Assembly: GCA_944389515.1 (NCBI GenBank)
Contig: CALXMQ010000005.1
Coordinates: forward strand, 16,826-80,825
Length of the DNA: 64,000 bases
Direction of reading: 5' to 3'
Origin: an uncultured Alphaproteobacteria bacterium
Lineage (GTDB): Bacteria > Pseudomonadota > Alphaproteobacteria > Rs-D84
Position 1 is the first letter of the stretch, and every line of letters begins with the position of its first letter. Of the stretch, positions 40,447 to 49,694 are shown piece after piece. Made by a program: the position numbers and the translations under genes. The notes below the pieces were generated by a model. That model made no database searches and was not told the DNA's origin. It saw only the letters and a list, made by a program, of their open reading frames with translations.

Positions 40447-42950
40447 TCATTTACACGCGCAAAATCATCATACGCTTGGTATTTGGCATCGCCTGTTTGA
40501 CGATATTCATATGGTGCACGACCAACTAAAAACACATCTATCATTTGCTTTGCCTTGGCAACCGCTGCATCCATCATTTTTTGCGTATCGTCTGGTTCAT
40601 ACGTAATAATACGTACATCACGATTTTTCAGTTGTAAAAATTTCATCACAGGTGTTTGTGATTTCACCGTCGTACGCAATGGAAATCCCCCAGATTGTAA
40701 CATATACGCTTCTAATGGCAACTGGGGCATATTACCGTCTGCCAGTTGTTTTTTTGATGGCGCCGCACCTGTTTTGATATCCAATACCCCACCATCCCAA
40801 ACGCGATCTGCACGTGCACGTATCGTATGCCCATCAACCGACATTTTACCGCCAATTTCTGGCACAGATTCCACCAATTCAGTCATCAGATTTGAAATAA
40901 CCGGCGCAATTTCTAAAAAACGCCGATGCCAAAAGTGAAACAATACACTGTCCGCACCCAATTTTTCCAGCGCACGCGCATCCATTTGTCGCACTAAATT
41001 ATCTGGATTAAAATCGCGTGACACTTCTATCACCTGATGTACCAGATTGCCAAAATCGCGTGCATCTGGTGCCATCCAATAATCATTTAATACACGCAAC
41101 CGCAACATATGCCGCACATAGAACGCATACGGATTATGTATCAAATATTCCAAATCAGTTACATAAATATCACCCCAGTCATCTGTAACAACCGGCGGCG
41201 AATAATCTAATACCCGGCTTGGGACAACATCACGCCCACGCACCACCGCCAAAATATCATCAGCAGCCTTGGCATCATATTGACCGCCACGTACCGCCAC
41301 ACGTGATAAAAAGCGTGATTGCGTTGTCTGAACACCCCCGGCATTTCCACTGCGTATCCAATAAACATCACCCCCACATGACAAATTCATAAAATCCAAT
41401 GCTTGTAAAGATACTTTTCTGTCTGGTGACGGTAACCCGATTTTTTCCGCCACCGCACGTGGCAACCACGAATTTTCATATCCACGTGCCGGGAACATAC
41501 CATCATTTAATCCGGTCAGAATCACAACATCTGCCGTCTGCATACGTGATTCTATGGTTCCCAATACAACAACATCTGCATCATCAGACATTTGACTGCG
41601 CACTTGAACACCACCAATTACATCTGATAAAAACGCACGTGCATCAGATAAGTTCAGCTGTATATGCATAAAATCCAGGCAATTTGACAATTCATCTATG
41701 GCGCGCCACACAGATATCGATGCCGCATCATCTACATTAAAAGACGGCGCAAAATTAAATTCACAATCGTCAACAATGCGAACCAATGTGCCAATTAAAT
41801 TATACCCAGAATCCGCATATATTCGATTAAATACAGACGCATCACCACGTTCAATCCAATCATCAAATAAATTTAATATTGCGCGCCCAACCGCCGTCAT
41901 CGTACCTGGTATACCACCAGAAAAATCCGCATTTATATTACGCCGCGCTAATTCAGACGCAATACGCTGATTTCCGGCGGCATCTGGCGTTATAACCAAA
42001 ACGCTTTTATGCGCATCCACTGCACGCCCAGCAATTTCCGCAACAACCGCGGCTTCTTCGCTTTCACGTGCACACTCAATCAAATGACAATGTTGTACAT
42101 CTGCGCCATTATCTGGTCGCGCTGGATTATTACCAAACGCATGATTAAAAAAACACATCGCCGACGTTCCAACATCAATCGGCACTAATTCAGATACCTC
42201 CACCCCAATCCGCGATAAAAATTTATATTCAGAATTATACGGATTTGTATTTAATTCAAAATCAGACGCATCGCCAGATATATGCCCTGATAATATAATA
42301 CGTCCATGTGGCAACGCCGCAACCGCCGCCATTAAATCCGCCGTTGCTGGCACACTGGCGGTTGATCCACACACAACAACCAACTTGTACTTATCCAATA
42401 CTTTTATCCATGCACGAATATCAGAATTGCGCGCCTGGGTCTGTGTTGGACTCGAATCTGCGATTTCTGATTCAACACGGGATAATATGTTTAACAATTC
42501 TGCCTTGCGTTGAAAGTGGGTGGCATATTTATCATCAACTAAATCCATCCAGTTTATTTTTGTGGCATCAATTCCTTCGTTTTCCAGATAATCTTGCATA
42601 CGCAACAAATCATGCGCCACCGGCAACGCAGTTGCAATATTACCAATACATGCATCTGCCGCCAATAATTTTGCCATTGCAACCAATCGCATTGTATTTG
42701 ATATTGCATCCAATGATTCATCTTCTGCATCTTCATCTGCAGCTTCACCCAATGCGACCAATCGTGGCAAAATTATACTATGCCCTGCACAATGCACCAA
42801 GTAACGTTCCACACTGCGCACAGCACGCCGACTGGGTAAAAAAATCAACATATCTGATAAATCTACCCCAGACGCGTTTAATACACACCCCAACGCATCC
42901 AACATGCGCCCAGGATTTGTCGCATAAAAAATATTTTTATTTGATGCCAA
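40443..42950 (-). CDS. addB: Double-strand break repair protein AddB
   Basis: LPSRRAVR, GSTASVPATADL, GTIESRMQ, NPYAFY, ARADR..DIKTG, PQLPLEA. Confidence 0.88.
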   Translation of the reverse strand: MASNKNIFYATNPGRMLDALGCVLNASGVDLSDMLIFLPSRRAVRSVERYLVHCAGHSIILPRLVALGEAADEDAEDESLDAISNTMRLVAMAKLLAADACIGNIATALPVAHDLLRMQDYLENEGIDATKINWMDLVDDKYATHFQRKAELLNILSRVESEIADSSPTQTQARNSDIRAWIKVLDKYKLVVVCGSTASVPATADLMAAVAALPHGRIILSGHISGDASDFELNTNPYNSEYKFLSRIGVEVSELVPIDVGTSAMCFFNHAFGNNPARPDNGADVQHCHLIECARESEEAAVVAEIAGRAVDAHKSVLVITPDAAGNQRIASELARRNINADFSGGIPGTMTAVGRAILNLFDDWIERGDASVFNRIYADSGYNLIGTLVRIVDDCEFNFAPSFNVDDAASISVWRAIDELSNCLDFMHIQLNLSDARAFLSDVIGGVQVRSQMSDDADVVVLGTIESRMQTADVVILTGLNDGMFPARGYENSWLPRAVAEKIGLPSPDRKVSLQALDFMNLSCGGDVYWIRSGNAGGVQTTQSRFLSRVAVRGGQYDAKAADDILAVVRGRDVVPSRVLDYSPPVVTDDWGDIYVTDLEYLIHNPYAFYVRHMLRLRVLNDYWMAPDARDFGNLVHQVIEVSRDFNPDNLVRQMDARALEKLGADSVLFHFWHRRFLEIAPVISNLMTELVESVPEIGGKMSVDGHTIRARADRVWDGGVLDIKTGAAPSKKQLADGNMPQLPLEAYMLQSGGFPLRTTVKSQTPVMKFLQLKNRDVRIITYEPDDTQKMMDAAVAKAKQMIDVFLVGRAPYEYRQTGDAKYQAYDDFARVND

Positions 42951-43494
42951 TTATTGCCCTTATCGGTTCAATCCCAGTCTTTTTTTCAGCCGACGTTTCC
43001 AATATTTCCGTTATCATTGCCGGATGATTTTCATGATTGATTTCCACCTGGTTATGTTCACGTATCCGTTTGTCTTTTTTAGTATACACAACCTGGTACG
43101 ATATTCCGTGCGCATCACAAAAATCCATTAAATCCAAATCTGCATCACGTGGCCCAATTCGTGAATCAACCAGTAAAAACAATCGTCGCATCTGTCGCCG
43201 ATTTAACAAATATTCTTCTAATCTATTCAGCCACCGCATTGCATCCGCCCGTGACACACGCGCATACCCATATCCAGGCAAATCTGCAATCATTATTCGG
43301 TCGTCAACATTGAACAAATTCAATGTCTGGGTACGCCCAGGCGTATTTGATGTACGTGCCACATTTTGCCCAACAACCGCATTTATCAATGATGATTTAC
43401 CAACATTACTGCGCCCAACAAAAGCATATTCTGGGAATACAGTATTTGGCAACCCAGACACCGTATCAAACGCACCAACAAATTTAATCATCAT
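42937..43494 (-). CDS. engB: GTP-binding protein EngB (YihA/YsxC)
   Basis: GRSNVGKSSLIN, SNTPGRTQ, DLPGYGYA, TKKD. Confidence 0.93.
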   Translation of the reverse strand: MMIKFVGAFDTVSGLPNTVFPEYAFVGRSNVGKSSLINAVVGQNVARTSNTPGRTQTLNLFNVDDRIMIADLPGYGYARVSRADAMRWLNRLEEYLLNRRQMRRLFLLVDSRIGPRDADLDLMDFCDAHGISYQVVYTKKDKRIREHNQVEINHENHPAMITEILETSAEKKTGIEPIRAIIGIK

Positions 43495-44284
43495 TGCCCC
43501 CTTTGCCCAGCATACGGCGATACGCTTCTTTCTTAGAAATCCCCGTACGACGTGCTAAATCTGCCGCAGCCCCTTTGGTTGATGTGGCCGATATATCATT
43601 TACAATTTCTGTAATTTCTGCATCTGACATTTTATGTTCTGGGGCTGGTGCAATTACGATTACAATTTCACCACGTGGTGGTTCTATGTGCATCAAATCC
43701 GCCGGAAATCCGATAATAGCCTGTTCATGAATTTTAGTAATTTCGCGTACAATCGCGATTTGGCGTTCTGGCATAACACGCGCCAATGCCGCAACAGTAT
43801 CCATTATACGATTTGGACTTTCATAATAAATAATTGTATGCCGAATTTTATTATCATCACGCAATTTCTTTTCATCAAAAAAACCACAGAACGTAAATCT
43901 ATCCGTTGGGAATCCAGACAACACCAACCCAGAAATTGCCGCCACCGGCCCCGGCACAACGTACACAGGAATATTCGCCGCACGCGCCGCACGCACCAAT
44001 CTGAACCCTGGGTCACTGATACCCGGCATCCCTGCATCAGACACAGCCGCAACCGACATCCCTGATTGCAATTTTTCAATCAATTCTGGTACAACATCGC
44101 GTTCATTATGTTCATGACACGACACCCGTGGTGTTTTTATATCAAAATGCGTGGCCAATTTTGAAAATACCCGTGTATCTTCGGCGGCAATTAAATCAAC
44201 GTTTCGCAAAACATCAACCGCCCGTGGCGACATATCAGATAAATTTCCAATCGGTGTTCCAACAATATAAAGCCCAGATTGCAT
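43484..44284 (-). CDS. rsmI: 16S rRNA C1402 2'-O-methyltransferase
   Basis: LYIVGTPIGNL, AEDTR, SDAGMPGISDPG, YESPNR, REITK. Confidence 0.95.
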   Translation of the reverse strand: MQSGLYIVGTPIGNLSDMSPRAVDVLRNVDLIAAEDTRVFSKLATHFDIKTPRVSCHEHNERDVVPELIEKLQSGMSVAAVSDAGMPGISDPGFRLVRAARAANIPVYVVPGPVAAISGLVLSGFPTDRFTFCGFFDEKKLRDDNKIRHTIIYYESPNRIMDTVAALARVMPERQIAIVREITKIHEQAIIGFPADLMHIEPPRGEIVIVIAPAPEHKMSDAEITEIVNDISATSTKGAAADLARRTGISKKEAYRRMLGKGGNDD

Positions 44285-44332
44285 TACAAATCCTTTTATA
44301 GTAGAATAATACAAAAATAAACGGACATTTCA

Positions 44333-45958
44333 ATGCATATGAATAAAACAAACAGAATTTTTGATATTTTGGCTATACTAACCATTGCTGGATGCGCAGA
44401 AACCACCCAAACCACAGATTGGTACAGTGAATATGGAACACTGGAAACCGGCACACCTGTGGTTATGCAATATGTTTCCCCGGATTTACAGCCCGGAACC
44501 CCATCTGACAATTTGCTGGGCGCACCGGTACACCGCATGGCGGTAATGTTACCATTGACTGGTGATGCGGCATTATCTGGTCGTGCAATTCGCACATCTA
44601 TCGAAGCGGCCGTTTTACAATCTGCCCCCCAGAATTTGTCTGTTGCGTTTTATGATACAGCAGAAAATTTAACTGCAACAATCACAGATGTTTTATCCAC
44701 AGAACCATCTGTAATTGTCGGGCCATTATTTGCAGACGATGCCCGTGCATTACGCAATGCAAAATCGCCAGATATACCAGTACTGTCATTTACATCTGAC
44801 GCCACCGCATTGGGCGACGGTGTTATGACAATGGCATTGATGCCCACCAACAGTACCGAAGCAATCGTCCAAGAAATGTATTCTGATGGAATCCAAGGAT
44901 TTATTATCGTGGCCCCAGATACACAGTCAGGAAAATTGATGGCTGGCACTGCAACAACTGCGGCCGACATGTATAATATTCCTGTTACTGGCGTATTTTA
45001 TTATACAGAAAACAATACAGAATCTATCAAAAACACGGCACGCGACGCATCAATGAACGCGGCACGCAGTGCTGCCAACACACGCGCCCGTGAAATTTTA
45101 TCCGATATATTGACCACAGAACGTTTAACAGCGATTGAAAAATCATCGCTGACCATACAACTGGAACGCATGTCAAAACGTGATACCTTAGGGAAATTAC
45201 CATATAACGCCGTTCTGTTTTTAGGTAACGGTAACGACACCGAAAGCATGGCATCATTTTTACGTTACTATGGCGTTGCCGCATCAGACGCCCGGTTTTA
45301 TGGTACCGCATTATGGGACGGATCTGATATAGTAAACGATATAACAATGATTGGTGCAAAATATGCAACATTACCAGATATGGCACCATCTTTTGTAAAT
45401 TTATACGAACGTATATCTGGTACATCGCCAAACCGTTTAACCGGATTCGGATATGATGCCGCCAACATGGCAATGGGCATGATATATTCAACAAAATCAA
45501 ACGCTGCATATTTATTAGACCCCAGTGGATACGCCGGTGTATCTGGACTGTATCGTTTGGAACCCACGGGCGAAAATGAACGTGCATTACAAATTGTTCA
45601 ACTGACAGGTGACGGAACAACAAAAATTGTACGCAATGCGGCGCAAAATTTCTTGACCCCAATATATAACTTGGAACAAAACAAAATAAGACCTGCTGAC
45701 GCAATGGATTTAGAAACCCCAGGCGTCAATCCAGATGATTATATAAATATCCCCACGCGTCTGCGTGAAAAATATGAATCAGAAACATACGGCACGCATA
45801 TAACCACGCAACCAGTAATCCCCCCCCATGATGTTGAAACAATTACTATTTTACCCGAAGATGACCGTGATGTTGTAATAACATCGCCTGATTTTCAACC
45901 TGTAAACCTGGAATCAATCAACCGCACATATATTGACAGCGTGGAAATAGAGGAATAA
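44333..45958 (+). CDS. LpoA/LppC-like penicillin-binding protein activator lipoprotein
   Basis: Lipobox IAGC, MLPLTG, IVGPLF, FYGTALWD, GYDA; divergent from rsmI as is typical. Confidence 0.8.
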   Translation: MHMNKTNRIFDILAILTIAGCAETTQTTDWYSEYGTLETGTPVVMQYVSPDLQPGTPSDNLLGAPVHRMAVMLPLTGDAALSGRAIRTSIEAAVLQSAPQNLSVAFYDTAENLTATITDVLSTEPSVIVGPLFADDARALRNAKSPDIPVLSFTSDATALGDGVMTMALMPTNSTEAIVQEMYSDGIQGFIIVAPDTQSGKLMAGTATTAADMYNIPVTGVFYYTENNTESIKNTARDASMNAARSAANTRAREILSDILTTERLTAIEKSSLTIQLERMSKRDTLGKLPYNAVLFLGNGNDTESMASFLRYYGVAASDARFYGTALWDGSDIVNDITMIGAKYATLPDMAPSFVNLYERISGTSPNRLTGFGYDAANMAMGMIYSTKSNAAYLLDPSGYAGVSGLYRLEPTGENERALQIVQLTGDGTTKIVRNAAQNFLTPIYNLEQNKIRPADAMDLETPGVNPDDYINIPTRLREKYESETYGTHITTQPVIPPHDVETITILPEDDRDVVITSPDFQPVNLESINRTYIDSVEIEE

Positions 45959-45960
45959 AA

Positions 45961-46575
45961 ATGTCCGCATCCGACCCAACCAGAACATCTTTGCGCCGCA
46001 AGGCTGACCATGCAAAAACCGGCCGATGCAAAAATTTGATTGTGGTATTGGAATCACCACGCAATTTGGAAAACATCGGTACTGTAATTCGCAATGTGAA
46101 CGCATTGGGTGCTGAAAAATTATACATTGTTGACCGTTTTGACGTATTACCAATCGATTGGTCCACCATGCGTAATAAAAAGAAATTATTGGATATTTCT
46201 GCATCGGCCGTAAAATGGACATTTGTAAAGAAATTCAAAACAACCGATGAATGTATGAACCATCTGGAAAAAAATGGTTTTACATCCATCGTTACATCGC
46301 CACATATACGTGGCAAAACAAATGTTTTATTACAAGACGGCGATTTTACCCAGGGAAAGCTGGCCGTATGGTTTGGAAACGAGGCTTGCGGTATCAGCGA
46401 TTTGGCCATATCACGCAGTGCAGCATGCGTACAAATAGAAATGTACGGAATCATAGAAAGCCTGAATTTGGCCACATCAACTGGTATTGTATTATACGAA
46501 ATAACAAAACAACGCCGCCAATATCAAAAAACACATAAATATGCGCGCAGAAAAAATCCACCTATTGCTGGATAA
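45961..46575 (+). CDS. SpoU/TrmH family RNA methyltransferase
   Basis: NIGTVIRN, FGNE..G, IESLNLA SPOUT motifs. Confidence 0.85.
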   Translation: MSASDPTRTSLRRKADHAKTGRCKNLIVVLESPRNLENIGTVIRNVNALGAEKLYIVDRFDVLPIDWSTMRNKKKLLDISASAVKWTFVKKFKTTDECMNHLEKNGFTSIVTSPHIRGKTNVLLQDGDFTQGKLAVWFGNEACGISDLAISRSAACVQIEMYGIIESLNLATSTGIVLYEITKQRRQYQKTHKYARRKNPPIAG

Positions 46576-46578
46576 AAA

Positions 46579-47112
46579 CTAATACGCCTGTGTTCGTACA
46601 GTCCACCCCACACATGCAGTTGGCCAATTAGTCATTTTCCGCAAAGATTGTAATCTGTTTTTTACTAGCACCATCATAAAATCATCAACCCGATTTTCTG
46701 GTATTGAATTGATTACCCCGATTGTTTGTTTTCCTAAATATCCCGTCACAGGCAACATTTCCCCAAAAACTTCATTTAATGTTTGTTGCAGGGTCTTTGT
46801 GGAAATCACAGGCCCACTCATCACACCCATATCAAAGACAGCATTTCTGATTCTGTCATTATTTATTTTTCCGATATTGGTATTATCCCAATATTGATTT
46901 TTATATATTTCTTTGACCTGTGACGCCGTTAAATCCCTGACATCTGATGGAAAATGTTTTGTTGGATTATTGCGTAAATATTTTTCCAGCGTACTTTGTT
47001 TTATACCCATATTTGTTGGCTCGTCATCAACCTGATCTTTACCATTGGTATACCCACCTTCGACCCTGACTAATTTATCATAAGCCATATTAAATTTTTC
47101 ATCCGTTTCCAT
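46579..47112 (-). CDS. Glycoside hydrolase family 108 muramidase with C-terminal peptidoglycan-binding domain
   Basis: EGGY catalytic motif, TNMGI, IYKNQYW, FDMGVMSG, GW..R. Confidence 0.85.
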   Translation of the reverse strand: METDEKFNMAYDKLVRVEGGYTNGKDQVDDEPTNMGIKQSTLEKYLRNNPTKHFPSDVRDLTASQVKEIYKNQYWDNTNIGKINNDRIRNAVFDMGVMSGPVISTKTLQQTLNEVFGEMLPVTGYLGKQTIGVINSIPENRVDDFMMVLVKNRLQSLRKMTNWPTACVGWTVRTQAY

Positions 47113-47151
47113 TAAATCCCCCTAAATATATAAATCCCCATACGGGGCAAT

Positions 47152-47176
47152 AAAAAAAGACGGTATTTCACCGTCT
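47152..47176 (-). terminator. Terminator between the phosphatase and GH108 genes
   Basis: agacggt/accgtct hairpin with T7 on the minus strand. Confidence 0.7.
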
Positions 47177-47213
47177 GTTGTGCTACATATTATATCATAA
47201 AATACAAAAAAAA

Positions 47214-47744
47214 TCAATTTACAACATCTGAATCAGAATCAAAACTTTCCACAAAATGCCATCTGTCATCATCCAATACAAAATGAAAACATTGACAGTT
47301 TTTAATCGCATCAACACGCATCCCAGCCGCCCAACATAACGCACGCGTCACCCCACCATGTGATGCCACTGCAACATCCATGTATTCATTTTGCGCAATA
47401 ATTCGCCCCAGCGCATCACGAATTCGATTAAAATTATCATCTATGCGTTGTTGCATATCTGCGTTATCAGAATAACAAAATCCGAATGCTGCATCTGATA
47501 ATCCATCGTCTATGATAATCGGCACCCCACCATGATGTTCTGAAACAATTTGTGCTGTATGCACCGCCCGTGGCATTGGTGACGAATAAATCGCATCTAT
47601 GTTTTTATCTTGCAAAATTTCCGCCAAATGTACAGCCTGATTTATCCCAACATCTGTCAACACTGCACTTATTCCACCACCACCTGGGATACCTGCAACA
47701 TTTGCGTTTGTTTGCCCATGCCGAAAGAAATAAAAATTCCGCAT
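47214..47744 (-). CDS. Histidine phosphatase family protein
   Basis: RHGQT..N, SSPMPRAVHTA, SHGG. Confidence 0.88.
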   Translation of the reverse strand: MRNFYFFRHGQTNANVAGIPGGGGISAVLTDVGINQAVHLAEILQDKNIDAIYSSPMPRAVHTAQIVSEHHGGVPIIIDDGLSDAAFGFCYSDNADMQQRIDDNFNRIRDALGRIIAQNEYMDVAVASHGGVTRALCWAAGMRVDAIKNCQCFHFVLDDDRWHFVESFDSDSDVVN

Positions 47745-47760
47745 CAATAAAATCTCCATT

Positions 47761-48304
47761 TAATCCACATATACCACAAAATCATTCACATAGATAAATT
47801 ATACAATAAAAATATAAACCGACAAAACAGTCAATTTATGTTTCGACACCCCCTTTCACTGCGCGTTGGCGCGTTTGCCCAGAACTAAACAATCTGACGA
47901 TTGTATGGCCTACAACTCAAAATAACAATGCCCCATCAGCGATATTTTTTGATGGGACCCTGGATTCCCTCGCACGGCGTTTTCACGACAGCTGTGGGGC
48001 ATTCCTGACGATTTGACCGCGCGTTGCTTGTCAAATCTACTCATTGTCGAACCAGTGGTTCTCATCTCGCCACTCTATCACAAAACAAAAACCGACCATC
48101 CGGTCGGTTTATGTTTTGGTGGGAGTGGGTGGATTGTAATTCCCACCGCAATAAATTGCGGCGTGCCCCTTTCACTGCGCGCTGACGCGCTTGTTCCGAA
48201 CCAAACAATCTAGCGATTGTATGGCCTAATCCATATACCACAACCCAAAATATAAATACCCACCATTTGGCGGGTATTTATATTTTGGTGGGAGTGGGTG
48301 GATT
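47761..48304 (-). repeat. tRNA-Tyr-linked repeat array
   Basis: 19-nt tRNA 3' end duplicated (48117-48135 and 48286-48304, 169 nt apart); 63-nt segment duplicated (47850-47912 and 48166-48228, 54/63 identical); repeated terminator-like hairpins. Confidence 0.8.
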
Positions 48305-48372
48305 CGAACCACCTCAGGCTTAAGCCAACAGATTTACAGTCTGCCCCGGCTCTCCAACTCCGGCGCACGCCC
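48286..48372 (-). tRNA. tRNA-Tyr(GTA)
   Basis: Anticodon arm GCAGA-CTGTAAA-TCTGT, long variable arm, GGTTCGAATCC T arm, encoded CCA. Confidence 0.9.
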
Positions 48373-48384
48373 AATCTCTATTCC

Positions 48385-48452
48385 GCCCGCCTGCGCCAAA
48401 GGCTTCGGTGGGCAATGGATTTTCAGCCCTTGCTGCGCTGCGGTGAAAATCC
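48385..48452. repeat. REP-like palindromes in the tRNA spacer
   Basis: gcccgcc-tgc-gcc-aaa-ggc-ttc-ggtgggc and ggattttca/tgaaaatcc hairpins. Confidence 0.45.
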
Positions 48453-48453
48453 T

Positions 48454-48528
48454 TGGTGCGGGCAGCGGGAATCGAACCCGCATTTCAAGCTTGGAAGGCT
48501 TGCATACTAGCCTTTGTACTATGCCCGC
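48454..48528 (-). tRNA. tRNA-Gly(TCC)
   Basis: GCGGGCA/TGCCCGC acceptor stem, CAAGC-CTTCCAA-GCTTG anticodon arm, GGTTCGATTCC T arm, encoded CCA. Confidence 0.93.
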
Positions 48529-48594
48529 AACAAATTCAAAGCCAAATGATTATATACTAAATTTACCCAAACGCAAGTATTTAATTCATCTGCT

Positions 48595-49428
48595 TTAACG
48601 CATACCATGTATGATATCTTCCATACTCAACAGAAAATCCATATCATACCCACGGGCCTTTAATCTTTGTAACACCAAATGCGCCAAATTCGCCACCCCC
48701 AGACGTTTATACACCTCGACAACCGTGGTGATTTCATCTGTTGTCATATGTTCTGCTGGTTGTAAAGCCATGGCGATGGCCAATTCACGAACTGCCGCGC
48801 GCGAATATGCCGCCTTGTTACCGCGACAACCATATTGATACAGCACCGAATAAGTATTCGCATTATCCAAGAATTCTTCATAACGATATGCATCAGTATC
48901 AATATTTTGCAACACACGTTTTTCTAATGTTTTGCAAACCCGTTCATCTGAATACAGATATTCCACAGAACGCATCGCGTTATTTTCTGGTTCATATACC
49001 GCACGCAATCCATCTGCAATCGCCTGCTTGCGCACAGACATATCTGCAAACAGTTGGGAATTTTCTGGGCAACCACGCTGGGCCAACACAGAATAAATAT
49101 GCGCACTGGCTTCTTGGGCTGCATAATTGACATCATCATCATCAACAATTTGCTTTAATAAAGTGTCTTCAACAACCGCACATGCTGGGCGAATTGATGG
49201 TTCCGCCGTATCTGACGCCCCAGCCGCATCACCGATTTTTGGTTCAACCACTGTTTCTGCGACAAATCCGCCATCTGGAACATAACGATTACCAATTATC
49301 CCACCATCATACAACACCCATGTGGCCGCACCACATACCAATAAAATAACAATTATCAGCCATAACCATACCCGACCACGGCGATGCTTTTTTATGCCTG
49401 CATTTACGTTTTTTGTTTTCTCTCTCAT
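48595..49428 (-). CDS. Membrane-anchored protein with two Cys-bracketed helical repeats
   Basis: Basic N-terminus plus TM helix; two C...YSVL...GC..N modules; paralogous to 50361-51071. Confidence 0.75.
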   Translation of the reverse strand: MREKTKNVNAGIKKHRRGRVWLWLIIVILLVCGAATWVLYDGGIIGNRYVPDGGFVAETVVEPKIGDAAGASDTAEPSIRPACAVVEDTLLKQIVDDDDVNYAAQEASAHIYSVLAQRGCPENSQLFADMSVRKQAIADGLRAVYEPENNAMRSVEYLYSDERVCKTLEKRVLQNIDTDAYRYEEFLDNANTYSVLYQYGCRGNKAAYSRAAVRELAIAMALQPAEHMTTDEITTVVEVYKRLGVANLAHLVLQRLKARGYDMDFLLSMEDIIHGMR

Positions 49429-49445
49429 TTTATACCCCTTTTATT

Positions 49446-49694
49446 TTATCTTATTGGTGGAAAGCAATCGCCGCCATTATCAGGACAGCAATTAAAACCC
49501 AAATCCCCCATATCTGTATACGTTTCGCCCGTGCAACATCCATTTTTATCTGGCGCTGTTCCATCATCACATACTAAATCCGCGCTATATGCATTATTCC
49601 CAGCACATACAGCGATTATATACCCAACACCAACGCCTATTATAAAACACAACACACATGCGCACACGCGCCAAAATCTTGCACCTATTTTCAT
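49446..49694 (-). CDS. Small membrane-anchored 6-Cys domain protein
   Basis: TM or signal segment then CDDGTAPDKNGCCTGETYTDMGDLGFNCCPDNGGDCFPPI; ATGA overlap with upstream stop. Confidence 0.75.
   Translation of the reverse strand: MKIGARFWRVCACVLCFIIGVGVGYIIAVCAGNNAYSADLVCDDGTAPDKNGCCTGETYTDMGDLGFNCCPDNGGDCFPPIR

Noticed and set aside
47761-48304. CRISPR array
   Set aside because: Only 2-3 long degenerate units derived from a tRNA end; no regular repeat-spacer period and no cas genes
46579-48304. Prophage at tRNA-Tyr
   Set aside because: Only a GH108 gene is phage-like; there is no integrase, structural gene or holin, and the duplicated tRNA ends enclose just 169 nt
48013-48510. ORFs 48013-48213 and 48298-48510
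   Set aside because: They lie antisense to the tRNA genes and repeat array
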